From an archaeon (GTDB lineage Archaea; Methanobacteriota_B; Thermococci; Methanofastidiosales; NM3), in contig RXIG01000019.1 of assembly GCA_004212155.1 (NCBI GenBank), positions 40,892 through 104,891 on the forward strand: a DNA stretch of 64,000 nucleotides, in the 5' to 3' direction. The notes under the pieces are model-generated. The model was not told where the DNA came from. It saw only the letters and a list, made by a program, of their open reading frames with translations, and did no database searches. Made by a program: the position numbers and the translations under genes. Position 1 is the first letter of the stretch, and each line of letters begins with the position of its first letter. Shown in pieces: positions 18,446 through 28,203 of the stretch.

Positions 18446-19280
18446 CGTATCCCTCGGACAAGCTCAGGTACGTGATGTCCTGTGAGGATAGATAGTGCAA
18501 CAGATCGCGCAGATCGTTGTATGTCTCCTCGCCGCACAAGCGCGAATATGCGCCATAGCACGGGTCGAGGTCGAGGTCGACAAACTCCCAAGGATGCATG
18601 CCGATCACGATCGCCTCGGGCGCCTGTTCGCATGAAAGAATTTGTTTTGCCACATCTGGCCACGATCGTCCCTCGAGGTCGTAGGGATACATCAAGACCG
18701 GGTCTCGTGTCACGGGGACGCGAAGGATGTCCATGTCCCCGGCCGACAACCAGTCCTCCTGTGACGGATGATAGGGCACCTCGATGCCCCTGGCGGCAGA
18801 GGACTCGACGAGATATCCGAGCCCCTCCAGTATCGATACGACGTCCTCGTCACATTTGTGGTAAGGTGCGCGAAACGAAGTTACGTCCCGCCCCACGATC
18901 GATTCGAGCATCGACGTCGCGACCCCTATCTCCTGCAGCTTGACCTCGTAGGAAAGCGACGTAAGGGGACGGTGGGAAAAGGCATGACTGCCGATCTCGT
19001 GATCCTCGGCCATCAAGCGGACCATATCGGGATAATGCTTCGCCACGGTACCGGTAACAAGGAACGTAGCCGTGACATCGTATGCCTCGAAGAGATCAAG
19101 GAGGACGGGTATGCCCTCCTCTATCCCCCGGTATGAATCCATGTACGGCGGAAAGTCTGGTTCGGTGTCGATAGTTATGAACACATAGGTAGGGGGTGCC
19201 GAAGGCCCGCTTGTTGCCCACAGCGCTGTACCACCCAGTATCACCGCCATGATGATTATGACCACTATGCGCTTGTTCAT
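18432..19280 (-). CDS. Polysaccharide deacetylase (NodB/CE4 family) with N-terminal membrane anchor
   Basis: ITIDTE, ATFLVTG, HEIGSHAFSH, FRAPY, MHPWE; start reassigned to MNKRIVV. Confidence 0.85.
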   Translation of the reverse strand: MNKRIVVIIIMAVILGGTALWATSGPSAPPTYVFITIDTEPDFPPYMDSYRGIEEGIPVLLDLFEAYDVTATFLVTGTVAKHYPDMVRLMAEDHEIGSHAFSHRPLTSLSYEVKLQEIGVATSMLESIVGRDVTSFRAPYHKCDEDVVSILEGLGYLVESSAARGIEVPYHPSQEDWLSAGDMDILRVPVTRDPVLMYPYDLEGRSWPDVAKQILSCEQAPEAIVIGMHPWEFVDLDLDPCYGAYSRLCGEETYNDLRDLLHYLSSQDITYLSLSEGYDAFA

Positions 19281-19344
19281 TGCCCTCAGGAGATGTCGTC
19301 GCAACGACATAAGAGTGTTTTGCTTCGGACGCTCTTGTAAGGGA

Positions 19345-20130
19345 TCAGAATTCCTCGGTGATCCTGTAGGAATCGGTATTGTTGAAAAAGAGTATCTTTT
19401 TCCCAAAGACGAATCCATGCTTTTTGAAAACAACCCGTAGATGCGAGATGTCAGAAAAGGTCCTCGAAAGATGGTATGGTATGATGACGGTGTCGGGCAA
19501 AAGCTCCTTTAGCGCCAGGAGGTCGTTGAGGTGGGTATGCATGCGCGAGGACGTCATGTCATAGGTATCAGGCTGTATGTAGCGGCATTCGGAGATGAGT
19601 ATCGACGGCTCGCGCGAGACGATCGCCTCGCGATTCTCCTCGTCCGAACCCAGCCAGTCGCCTGTGACAAACACGGTGAAGTCTGCCTCGCTGTTCTTTA
19701 GGAATACCGCATTGTTCGGAACGGAATGCTTCAAAGGCACCGACTCGATGGTGGTTCCGTTTATACGCAGGTTCTCGTTGCCGTTGACGGGGACAAGCTG
19801 GCGCTTGCCCTTGGAATGCGTATTGTAGAGGTGCTGGTGGATGTCGAACACGTTGAGCCCCTCCTCCACGGGCGTCTTGTCGTCGGGGGCATAGATCGTG
19901 ATCTTTTCGTCCTGCTTCAAAAGGAAATCGGCACCGCCCGCCACCGAGGAGCGGATATGGTCGAAGTGAAAATGAGTGATCCAGTGGACATACTTGTCAG
20001 AACGATTCGAGCATGCGCCGTCGATGCTATAGTACTTGTCGAGCACACGGACGAGGACGTTGGGGTGATATGGTGCGTGGAACTCCACGCGTGCAATACT
20101 ACCGCCCGTGCTGTGTGTCATGGTGCTCAC
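19345..20130 (-). CDS. MBL-fold metallo-hydrolase
   Basis: THFHFDH (HxHxDH), LKHS, TGD, HTH, YHLS. Confidence 0.75.
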   Translation of the reverse strand: MSTMTHSTGGSIARVEFHAPYHPNVLVRVLDKYYSIDGACSNRSDKYVHWITHFHFDHIRSSVAGGADFLLKQDEKITIYAPDDKTPVEEGLNVFDIHQHLYNTHSKGKRQLVPVNGNENLRINGTTIESVPLKHSVPNNAVFLKNSEADFTVFVTGDWLGSDEENREAIVSREPSILISECRYIQPDTYDMTSSRMHTHLNDLLALKELLPDTVIIPYHLSRTFSDISHLRVVFKKHGFVFGKKILFFNNTDSYRITEEF

Positions 20131-20173
20131 TACGAATGAATGGTAATGTACCAGAAGGAAAAGAGGAAAGAGA

Positions 20174-20683
20174 TTATGCTAATTCCTCAATGACGACCCG
20201 CGTCTTCGTTGGAAGCTTGTAACCTGCCTTCTTCAGGCCCTGCTTCGCCTTGTTGATCTGTGTCTTGTTGACGTATGCGGACATGAGCTTCTGTCCGCGC
20301 TTACATCGTGCGGCAAGCCCCACGGTCTTTCCAAATGAAAGCCGCATTCCGTTTCCGTACCTGTCTGCCTTGTTGCCCGTTGCCATGGCGTTCATCCTGA
20401 GGATCTGGTGTGGAAACGTTCGTACCTTGAGGTAGTACATGTTCCTGCCCACGCGCTTCTCGAGGTGCCTGTTGATGACGATACGTGCCGCCTCAAGGCA
20501 GTTGTGGCGTAACTGTACGTCGTCGTCGACTAAGAGATGAACTGCGTATTTGAAGTCGTGATTCTTAAGTCCCATGTCAAAATGAACGATCTTGCACTGT
20601 GGGACGCTTCGCACATACTCCTTGCGCGTATATGCTGGTCCGCTTACTTTGCGGTCAATCTTCCCTGGTCTCAACGAAGCCAT
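20174..20683 (-). CDS. rpl10e: 50S ribosomal protein uL16 (L10e)
   Basis: AYTRKEY, QLRHNCLEAARI, FPHQILR, GMRLSFGK, YKLP. Confidence 0.95.
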   Translation of the reverse strand: MASLRPGKIDRKVSGPAYTRKEYVRSVPQCKIVHFDMGLKNHDFKYAVHLLVDDDVQLRHNCLEAARIVINRHLEKRVGRNMYYLKVRTFPHQILRMNAMATGNKADRYGNGMRLSFGKTVGLAARCKRGQKLMSAYVNKTQINKAKQGLKKAGYKLPTKTRVVIEELA

Positions 20684-20754
20684 ACGATATCACCATCTTT
20701 TTGTCTGAACTAGTGTATACAGTATTTAAATGTTGTGGTTTGGAGATGTGCCGT

Positions 20755-21114
20755 TCACAAGGCTATGATCGTATACCCATCGGCCATGTAGCGCCCCATG
20801 CTGGGGTGGCCAGACATCTCGTCACAAAGCGGCAGCGATTGATTCTCTGCCTCCCCGATGGTGCCCATTTTCGTGGAACACGCCCTGCAGACGCAATCAA
20901 TAAGCCCCTCATCGCGAGCACGTGTGTAGAGTGGCCCAAATGGCGCATCCTTTTGTGAGAGATCCCGTATGAGCTTCGTTGCGCTTCCCTCGATGATGAG
21001 CTTCACGTCGTGGCCCTTGTCCCTAAGGTCGAACGCGTTGAGCAGGGCGTGCACGAAGCACATGGGCTCCCCGTTGAACGCGAACAGTGCTACCTTCTCC
21101 TTATCAGTTCCCAT
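20755..21114 (-). CDS. DsrE-family protein
   Basis: FNGEPMCFVHALLNA, IIEGSAT, VCRACS, GHPSM. Confidence 0.8.
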   Translation of the reverse strand: MGTDKEKVALFAFNGEPMCFVHALLNAFDLRDKGHDVKLIIEGSATKLIRDLSQKDAPFGPLYTRARDEGLIDCVCRACSTKMGTIGEAENQSLPLCDEMSGHPSMGRYMADGYTIIAL

Positions 21115-21136
21115 ATGACTACATCGTAGGAATGAT

Positions 21137-21847
21137 TCAAATATCTTGTGCAGAGCCCTTGAGGCGACGGGCCGTCTTGCGCAACACGCCCTTGAGGGTG
21201 TATGCCTCGCGAGAGGTGATAAACGAACGGGACACGACCCTGCGAAAGATGAGCGATGAGGTGCGGTGCCGATATGGCCGATGGTCGATCATGTGCACGA
21301 TGTTGTCAAAATCCTCATACAACATCTCCCGCTCCTCTCGTGACGCTGCTTGTTCCCGTCGGGCATGCGGCCTGCCGCAAGCCTTGAACAGCTCGTAGAA
21401 GATGATCGTTGCCGCGTGGGCCACGTTGAGCGTAGGGTATGCGCCGCTTGCAGGGATGGTCACCAGCATGTCGGAGCGCTCGACCTCCTCATTCGTGAGG
21501 CCCGAATCCTCTCTGCCCAAAACGATGGCCACGGTGCCGTCGAGGTCGAGAGCACGAGAGAGGTCATCGGGATGAAGCGGTATCCTGCGCACGTTGTACG
21601 CATGGCCGGCCTCCCGGGACGTCGCTATGGCGTAGTCGACAAGCGAGAGCGCATCGTCGTATGTAGGGACGATGGTGGCATCGTCGAGAATGGCCGATGC
21701 GCCACATGCCAGCATGTAGGCCTCATCGTTGAGGTAAATCGGATTAACGAGTATGAGTGGCCCCGAGATATCAAAGTTTGCCATGCTGCGTGCAACGGCA
21801 CCGATGTTTCCGGGCGTCTTGGGTTCCACCATGATGCATGCGAACAT
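21137..21847 (-). CDS. trmJ: tRNA/rRNA 2'-O-methyltransferase, TrmJ/LasT (SPOUT) family
   Basis: EPKTPGNIGAVARSMANF, GREDSGLTNEE, YPTLNVAHA; start set at MFACIM. Confidence 0.88.
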   Translation of the reverse strand: MFACIMVEPKTPGNIGAVARSMANFDISGPLILVNPIYLNDEAYMLACGASAILDDATIVPTYDDALSLVDYAIATSREAGHAYNVRRIPLHPDDLSRALDLDGTVAIVLGREDSGLTNEEVERSDMLVTIPASGAYPTLNVAHAATIIFYELFKACGRPHARREQAASREEREMLYEDFDNIVHMIDHRPYRHRTSSLIFRRVVSRSFITSREAYTLKGVLRKTARRLKGSAQDI

Positions 21848-22018
21848 GGTATTACATCGATGATTGACATATAAGTATTGCGAGCAAATGCCCCACGCAC
21901 GAGCGCGTTCATGTATCATTGAATATTTGCTTTACTCTATGTGTGATGCTACCCCCCATCAGGAAAAATTATTAAGCGCCTGTTTCGAAAGGAACGCATA
22001 CTTCTAACAGATCAGCAT

Positions 22019-23290
22019 GTGAAAAGAATGGGAAAACGGTTCACCATAGTGGGTGTCGACCCGGGTACGACAGTAGGTATAGCACAAATCGACCTTGATG
22101 GGCGATTGATCGATCTCTTCTCCTCGAAGGAATTTTCCATAAACGACATTATCGAGAGGATACGTTCATACGGGTACCCGGTCATCATCGCGACCGATGT
22201 GACAAGCGTCCCGCAGACGGTGGAAAAGATCGCGGCATCGCTTGATGCCAAGCTCTACCTGCCCCGCGGCGTCATCACGTTGCGTGAGAAAAACGAGATC
22301 GCAAAGGACTATCCTGTGCACAATGCACATGAGCGGGACTCGCTCTCGGCGGCCATCAAGGCGCATCAGCAATACCATGCGAAGTTCGAAAACATCGATG
22401 CGCGCCTCAGGGAGATGAACATGCAGCGTTACTCTGAAGAGGTCAAGTCGCTCGTGCTCAAGGATTATTCGGTAAGCAAGGCGATCGATGCGCTCTCAAA
22501 GGTCGATGAACCGGCCCATATGGAGGTCAAGGAGCGACCCGCGAGCAGCTCTGCCCCCTCAGAACACGGCGCTGAGGTCGCCATCCTCAAGAATCGCCTG
22601 AAGAACCAGCGGTCATATATCAACGAACTCGAAAGTGCCCTCAAGCAGGCAAGAGAAGATACAGAACGCATCAACTTGAAGCTGAAGTCGGCGAGGGACA
22701 AGACGCTCGTTGATGCCAAGAGATCGGAGGTCATACGCCAGAAGACGTCGGTCATCCGCAAGCTGCAACAGGAGCTAGCGACGCTGAGGGGGGAGCTTGG
22801 CCGCATGGTACGGGAGAATAAGGAGCTCAAGGACATGCGCTCGCTGCAGATGAGGGAGGAGATCATCGTAACAAAGGTGCTCGACCAGTTCTCGAAGAGC
22901 GAGATCGCCGCTCTCGACGAGCGATTCGGCATAAGAAAGGACGACATCATCTATGTGCGCGACAGCTCCGGTGGGGGCGCTTCGACGGCTCTTGCGCTCT
23001 GCGAACGGCGCATCAAGGCACTCATCACCGACACGGAGATGAGCCACACGTCCCAGGAGCAGCTCACCGCGTGTGGTATCGCCATCTTCTCCACGAACGA
23101 AGTGCCCGTAAAAGGGGTCGACGAGTATGCCTTCGTCGACAGGGAAACGTTTGACCGTGCCTATGAAGGATGGGCCAGACGACAAAGAGAGTCACAGCGC
23201 TTGAAAAGCTCTGCTTGGCTCGAGGGACTCATCAAGGACTATCGTTATGAAAGGAAAAAGGAGGACACCTATGATACATCTCGCAAGTGA
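22019..23290 (+). CDS. DUF460 (COG2433) RNase H-like/coiled-coil protein
   Basis: IVGVDPGTTVG, IIATDV, HERDSLSAA, long coiled coil, DSSGGG. Confidence 0.85.
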   Translation: MKRMGKRFTIVGVDPGTTVGIAQIDLDGRLIDLFSSKEFSINDIIERIRSYGYPVIIATDVTSVPQTVEKIAASLDAKLYLPRGVITLREKNEIAKDYPVHNAHERDSLSAAIKAHQQYHAKFENIDARLREMNMQRYSEEVKSLVLKDYSVSKAIDALSKVDEPAHMEVKERPASSSAPSEHGAEVAILKNRLKNQRSYINELESALKQAREDTERINLKLKSARDKTLVDAKRSEVIRQKTSVIRKLQQELATLRGELGRMVRENKELKDMRSLQMREEIIVTKVLDQFSKSEIAALDERFGIRKDDIIYVRDSSGGGASTALALCERRIKALITDTEMSHTSQEQLTACGIAIFSTNEVPVKGVDEYAFVDRETFDRAYEGWARRQRESQRLKSSAWLEGLIKDYRYERKKEDTYDTSRK

Positions 23291-24977
23291 CGACACCGAT
23301 GCCCCGACGGATACGTTCGATGTGATATTTATCACCGGCGATGCTTATATCGACCACCCTTCAAACGGCGTGGCGCTGCTTGCTCGCCTTCTCGACGACA
23401 AGGGGTACAGCGTAGGCATCCTCGCGCAGCCGGATCCCTCCTCGATCGACGACTTCAAGGCACTCGGACGGCCGCGGCTCCTGTTCGCCGTCACGGCGGG
23501 CCTTGTCGACTCGATGGTCGCAAACTACACTCCGCTGAAAAAGGAACGTGACCGCGACAGGCTCTCGTATGGCGAGGGCATGCGCCCCGACAGGGCGACG
23601 ATCGTCTACACGCAAAAGGCCAAACAGGCCTATAAGGGCGTGAAGGTGGCAATAGGCGGCATCGAGGCATCGTTGAGGCGATTTTCACACTACGATTACT
23701 GGCAAAACAAGGTGCGACGTTCGATACTCATGGACAGCAAGGCAGACATACTCGTCTACGGGATGGGCGAGCGCCAGATGCTCGAGATACTCTTGCGTCT
23801 CGATGAGGGGCGGCACCTTTCGGGCATATGCGGCACCGCGATCGCCGTCAAGGAATGCGACCCTTCCTGGGTGGTGCTCCCCACGTACGAGGAGGTCGCA
23901 TCGTCAAAGCACAGATTCCTTGACTCGTTCATGGCACAATACACGCACCAGGACCCGTTTCGTTCGCCGCCCCTGGCCGAGCCGTATGGTGATTGGCACG
24001 TCGTGCAGTATCCGCCAGCGCTGCCCCTTAGCACCGACGAGATGGACTATCTCTATGAACTGCCGTTCACGAGAAAGATCCCCCATACCGGGCGTGGCGC
24101 GCCCCACTCCATGGAGCCGGTGCAGTTCTCCATTGTTACGCACCGGGGTTGTTTTGGCGGATGCTCGTTTTGTGCGCTGTCAATGCACCAGGGACGCATC
24201 ATACAATCAAGAAGCGTGGAAAGCATTGCCCGTGAGGCGCAGCGATTCATCTCCCATCCCGACTTCAAGGGCACAATCGATGATGTCGGTGGCCCCACGG
24301 CGAACATGTACGCCATGGGATGCACGAAGGGGCGCGGCCATGCGACAGCTCACTCGATCCGGACCGGTGAGGAAATCTCCATACCTGTTACCACCAAGGG
24401 ATGCACGAACCCCTGCCTCTATCCGGCGTGCCCCCATCTCGACCTCGACCATGGCCCATACAGGGAGGTTCTCGAACGCCTGAGGTCGATCGATGGCATC
24501 AACCATGTCTTCATACGCTCCGGCATACGCCATGACCTGGCGCTTGGCGACAGGGACTTCATCAGGGAGCTGTGCGAACACCATGTCTCTGGACAGCTCA
24601 AACTGGCGCCGGAACACACAAACGATCGTGTGCTAGCACTCATGAACAAGCCCCCTCTCCGCATCTTCGAGGAGTTCATGCACACGTACAAAAAGACCAA
24701 CGAAGCGCTTGGTAAACGACAGTACGTCGTTCCCTATATCCTCATAGCCCATCCCGGATGCTCGGTGCGCAGCGCACGGGAACTCGGATCCTACCTCCGG
24801 TCACGAGCGATAGCCGTTGAGCAGGTGCAGGTCTTCACACCGACGCCCATGACGCTCAGCACGGCCATTTACTACACGGGGATGGACCCCGGCACGGGCG
24901 ATGACATCTACATACCATATTCGTACAGGGAAAAAAAGCAGCAAAAGCGTCTTGCACTGCCCACAAGAAATGCTTAA
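23271..24977 (+). CDS. YgiQ-family (UPF0313) radical SAM protein
   Basis: TGDAYIDHPS, GGIEASLRR, RGCFGGCSFC, GGPTANMY; GGAGG RBS. Confidence 0.92.
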   Translation: MIHLASDDTDAPTDTFDVIFITGDAYIDHPSNGVALLARLLDDKGYSVGILAQPDPSSIDDFKALGRPRLLFAVTAGLVDSMVANYTPLKKERDRDRLSYGEGMRPDRATIVYTQKAKQAYKGVKVAIGGIEASLRRFSHYDYWQNKVRRSILMDSKADILVYGMGERQMLEILLRLDEGRHLSGICGTAIAVKECDPSWVVLPTYEEVASSKHRFLDSFMAQYTHQDPFRSPPLAEPYGDWHVVQYPPALPLSTDEMDYLYELPFTRKIPHTGRGAPHSMEPVQFSIVTHRGCFGGCSFCALSMHQGRIIQSRSVESIAREAQRFISHPDFKGTIDDVGGPTANMYAMGCTKGRGHATAHSIRTGEEISIPVTTKGCTNPCLYPACPHLDLDHGPYREVLERLRSIDGINHVFIRSGIRHDLALGDRDFIRELCEHHVSGQLKLAPEHTNDRVLALMNKPPLRIFEEFMHTYKKTNEALGKRQYVVPYILIAHPGCSVRSARELGSYLRSRAIAVEQVQVFTPTPMTLSTAIYYTGMDPGTGDDIYIPYSYREKKQQKRLALPTRNA

Positions 24978-25001
24978 ATAGCTGCACGTCCATCTAGTAA
25001 T

Positions 25002-25409
25002 ATGGACGATACTGGTGAGGAATCCGGGGGCACGAATACGAAGAGCCGGCTGCTCATCGTCGTGCTTGTCATAGGCCTCGTGGGAATGGTGGCCTACATG
25101 TATGGCGTGGCCCCCATGGACCTGTTCTTCGTGCTCATCTTTGCATACTTCATACTCTCTTCCATCTTTTTGCGTCCGCAGCGACGCGTGCCGCAGCGCC
25201 GATTCCCAAAAGAGGAGCGCGACACCGACTGGGGATACGAGTTTGGCGGATCGTACGATGAAGAGGGACAGGGATCGTGGAGGAAGGAACGAAGGAAGGG
25301 CGACGATGGCAGCATGTTTGATGACGAACGCGAGGAGTCGTGGTCGCTTTTCAAGGAACAGGACAGGGAAGAGGAGTACAAGCGGATCAAGAAGGGCGAC
25401 CTGATTTAA
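25002..25409 (+). CDS. Hypothetical membrane protein (2 TM plus acidic tail)
   Basis: 135 aa; TATA (CTTAAATA) about 25 nt upstream. Confidence 0.65.
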   Translation: MDDTGEESGGTNTKSRLLIVVLVIGLVGMVAYMYGVAPMDLFFVLIFAYFILSSIFLRPQRRVPQRRFPKEERDTDWGYEFGGSYDEEGQGSWRKERRKGDDGSMFDDEREESWSLFKEQDREEEYKRIKKGDLI

Positions 25410-25412
25410 GAC

Positions 25413-26732
25413 CTATTCTTCTGGCATGCGCCCAAGCACCTCATCGCGCTGCACGATGGTCTCCTCGATGATGCGGGCTTCATCAAGATGACACAATTGC
25501 CCATCGAAGAGTATCGAGCCGTTGACCATGGTGAGCACGACATCGCTTGCTCGCGCGGCGTAGACGAGTGCGGAGACGGGATCGGAAAACGGCATCATGT
25601 GCGACTCTCGCGGGTCGACGACGGCAATGTCGGCCAGCGCGCCGGGACGTATGACACCAAGCTTGCCCTCCATACCTATGGCGCACGCGCCGTTAATCGT
25701 GGCCATGTCTAACGTCGTCTGCGCCGGTATGACTGTGGGGTCGAACGAATGCACCTTGTGCAACAGAGCGGCAAATCGCATCTCATTGAACATGTCGATG
25801 GTGTTGTTGCACGCAGCTCCGTCGCTGCCAAGCGAAACGTTGATGCCGCGTTCGAGGAATCGCGGCACGGGCGCTATGCCCGAGGCGAGCTTGAGATTCG
25901 CAATGGGGCAATGGAGCACCGTGGTTTGGTAGCGCTGCAACAACGCCACCTCCCTCGTGTTGACCCAGATGCAGTGCGCAAGCAGGAGGCGTGGCGAGAG
26001 CAGCCCCAGTGACGAGAGGTACTCGACGTTGCCCATGCCTGTCCTTTCCCGCACCATCGCGACCTCATCCTGATTCTCTGCCGCATGGGTATGGATCAAC
26101 GTTCCCTCTCGTGTTGCGAGCTCGACGATGCTTGAGAGGAGTTCCTCAGAACACGAGAGCGCAAAACGTGGGGCGAAGAGGTATGAGAGCAAACCGTCGT
26201 TGCCCCCGTGCCACTCCTTGAGGAGGTGACGAGACTCCGACAATGCCTTATGGGGCGACTCTATGAGCTCGTCTGGCGCCGAGTCGTGAATGTCCATGAG
26301 CATCTTGCCGCTATAACCACGCATGCCGCTCCTGCTCAGGGCGCTAAATGACTGGTCTGCATGATGGACGGTCCCCATGTCGACGACGGTGGTCGTGCCC
26401 CCCTGAATCATCTCGGCACATGTCAGCAGGGCAGACCAGTAGACGGACGAGGCTGAATGGGCCGCCTCGAGGAGATATATCCTCTTCGTAAGCCAGTCAA
26501 GCAAGCTCAAATCGTCCGCCTGGGACCGAAATAGGGTCTGAATGAGATGAACATGTGTCTGTATGAATCCGGGGATGATGATGCATCCTGTACAATCGAT
26601 GACGGTATCGGCCGACGCGTCATTGCCCACCGATGCGATGGTGTTCCCTTCGACAAGCACGTTCGAGCGGAGGACTTCTCGCTGCTCGTTTTGTGTCACA
26701 ACAGTCCCATTCTTAAGCAGAATCGTCTCCAT
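25413..26732 (-). CDS. Amidohydrolase, 5'-deoxyadenosine/MTA-SAH deaminase family
   Basis: PGFIQTHVH, HTHAAE, LAHC, HCPIANLKLASG, GSDGAACNN. Confidence 0.88.
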   Translation of the reverse strand: METILLKNGTVVTQNEQREVLRSNVLVEGNTIASVGNDASADTVIDCTGCIIIPGFIQTHVHLIQTLFRSQADDLSLLDWLTKRIYLLEAAHSASSVYWSALLTCAEMIQGGTTTVVDMGTVHHADQSFSALSRSGMRGYSGKMLMDIHDSAPDELIESPHKALSESRHLLKEWHGGNDGLLSYLFAPRFALSCSEELLSSIVELATREGTLIHTHAAENQDEVAMVRERTGMGNVEYLSSLGLLSPRLLLAHCIWVNTREVALLQRYQTTVLHCPIANLKLASGIAPVPRFLERGINVSLGSDGAACNNTIDMFNEMRFAALLHKVHSFDPTVIPAQTTLDMATINGACAIGMEGKLGVIRPGALADIAVVDPRESHMMPFSDPVSALVYAARASDVVLTMVNGSILFDGQLCHLDEARIIEETIVQRDEVLGRMPEE

Positions 26733-26791
26733 AATCCCAAAAACCTGTGCAATTTATAAATATTTAAAGCTATGGTAGTTATGTCGCGCCA

Positions 26792-26943
26792 AGACTAGGC
26801 TTTGCACGCAAAAGCCCTAGATCTTCGTGTGCATTCCACGCAGTGCCAAGCGGTATGCGCACCGATGCAAGCCGGCATCCTCTATCCTCTCCGCAAGCGA
26901 TCGGGGAATGCGGGTGCGATGCGCGTACACGAAAGAGACTAGG
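26792..26943 (+). ncRNA. Candidate structured non-coding RNA of unknown family
   Basis: Nested stems with G-U pairs on the + strand, three CAAGC-loop hairpins, TATA (TATTTAAA 26761-26768) just upstream; no credible ORF. Confidence 0.45.
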
Positions 26944-27117
26944 ATGAGAACGAATATATGAAATAGGTAAGAAGTAGCGTATGACAATTGGGAAAAAAGG
27001 ATAGAACTTTATGTTCGACCGATTGGGCATTTATGTTCGAAATTATCTTTATGTGCAAAGCCCCAAGACTAACAAAGTTTTTAATATGGAACGGAGATGG
27101 AATCTAGAGGTGTACTA

Positions 27118-27564
27118 ATGGAACCAATATTCAAAAAGATCCTAGTTCCGATAGATGGCTCTGACGCGTCCCTTCATGCTGCAAAAAAGGCTATTCATCT
27201 TGCCCAGAATCTCGATGCGAAGATCATTGTGATGCATGTCATCAACAAGTTTGAGATCAGGAAATACCTGGAAGTCAGCCATGAAGACGAGGAGAAGGTG
27301 AAAAAGGAGCTGCAGGAGTACGGATTCAGGTACCTTGGTCATGTCAAGGACCTTGCCAAGACTTCAGAAGTGCCCGTGGAGATGATACTTGCCGAGGGAA
27401 TACCTGCTGAAGAGATCATCAACAGCTCCAAAAAGGAGCATATCGATCTTATCGTTATAGGTAGTTCGGGCGGGACAGGCTTTCGCAGGAGACTGCTTGG
27501 AAGTACCACCGACCGCGTCATACGCTGGTCAGAGGGCGTGCCAGTCCTCGTGATCACATATTAG
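27118..27564 (+). CDS. Universal stress protein (UspA family)
   Basis: KKILVPIDGS, DLIVIGSSG, LLGSTTDRVIR; GAGGTG RBS. Confidence 0.92.
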   Translation: MEPIFKKILVPIDGSDASLHAAKKAIHLAQNLDAKIIVMHVINKFEIRKYLEVSHEDEEKVKKELQEYGFRYLGHVKDLAKTSEVPVEMILAEGIPAEEIINSSKKEHIDLIVIGSSGGTGFRRRLLGSTTDRVIRWSEGVPVLVITY

Positions 27565-27573
27565 GTAGATTAC

Positions 27574-28203
27574 ATGGGCAATGCCACGCTTCTCATAGCC
27601 ATCTTGCATACTGGCAATGTCGGAGGGCTATTGCTCAAGGACGTGATCCTGCAGATGCAGCGGGTGCTGCGCGCGGCACTCAATGCGGAGGCACACGGCC
27701 TTGCCGTCTCGTGCAAGGCGATAGGCCCGCGACCCATCCCCATCCCGGGTGTTGCATACAATCGCGTCAATGGCAAGTATAGTGTTGAACCGTTTTTTAA
27801 CCTCGCTGCCAAGATGCGCCCGAGGGCGGAGCAAAAGCTCGCCAAGGAGGGAAAGAAGGTATCAAAAGTACTTGTCATCACCGACGTCCCCCTCTTTAGT
27901 TATGTCCACAACTCCGACGTCTTCGGCGAGGCCGACGTTGGAGGATCGATAGCCGTGGTGTCAACGGCGCCACTCAACATCGATGCAACGATCGATGAGT
28001 TCAAGAAGCGTGTAATAAAGGAGTGCGTCCACGAGGTCGGTCATACGCTCGGGCTCGGGCACTGCGCTGACAAGACCTGCGTGATGTCGCTCTCAAGCGA
28101 TCGGTTCGATGTCGATCGAAAGTCCGAGAACATGTGCTCCCAATGCAAGTCCAAACTCGAGAGCCTCGTCTACAAGGATTACCGGACATGGGACCATGAG
28201 TAA
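27574..28203 (+). CDS. Archaemetzincin-family Zn metalloprotease
   Basis: HEVGHTLGLGHC...CVM...C..C. Confidence 0.85.
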   Translation: MGNATLLIAILHTGNVGGLLLKDVILQMQRVLRAALNAEAHGLAVSCKAIGPRPIPIPGVAYNRVNGKYSVEPFFNLAAKMRPRAEQKLAKEGKKVSKVLVITDVPLFSYVHNSDVFGEADVGGSIAVVSTAPLNIDATIDEFKKRVIKECVHEVGHTLGLGHCADKTCVMSLSSDRFDVDRKSENMCSQCKSKLESLVYKDYRTWDHE

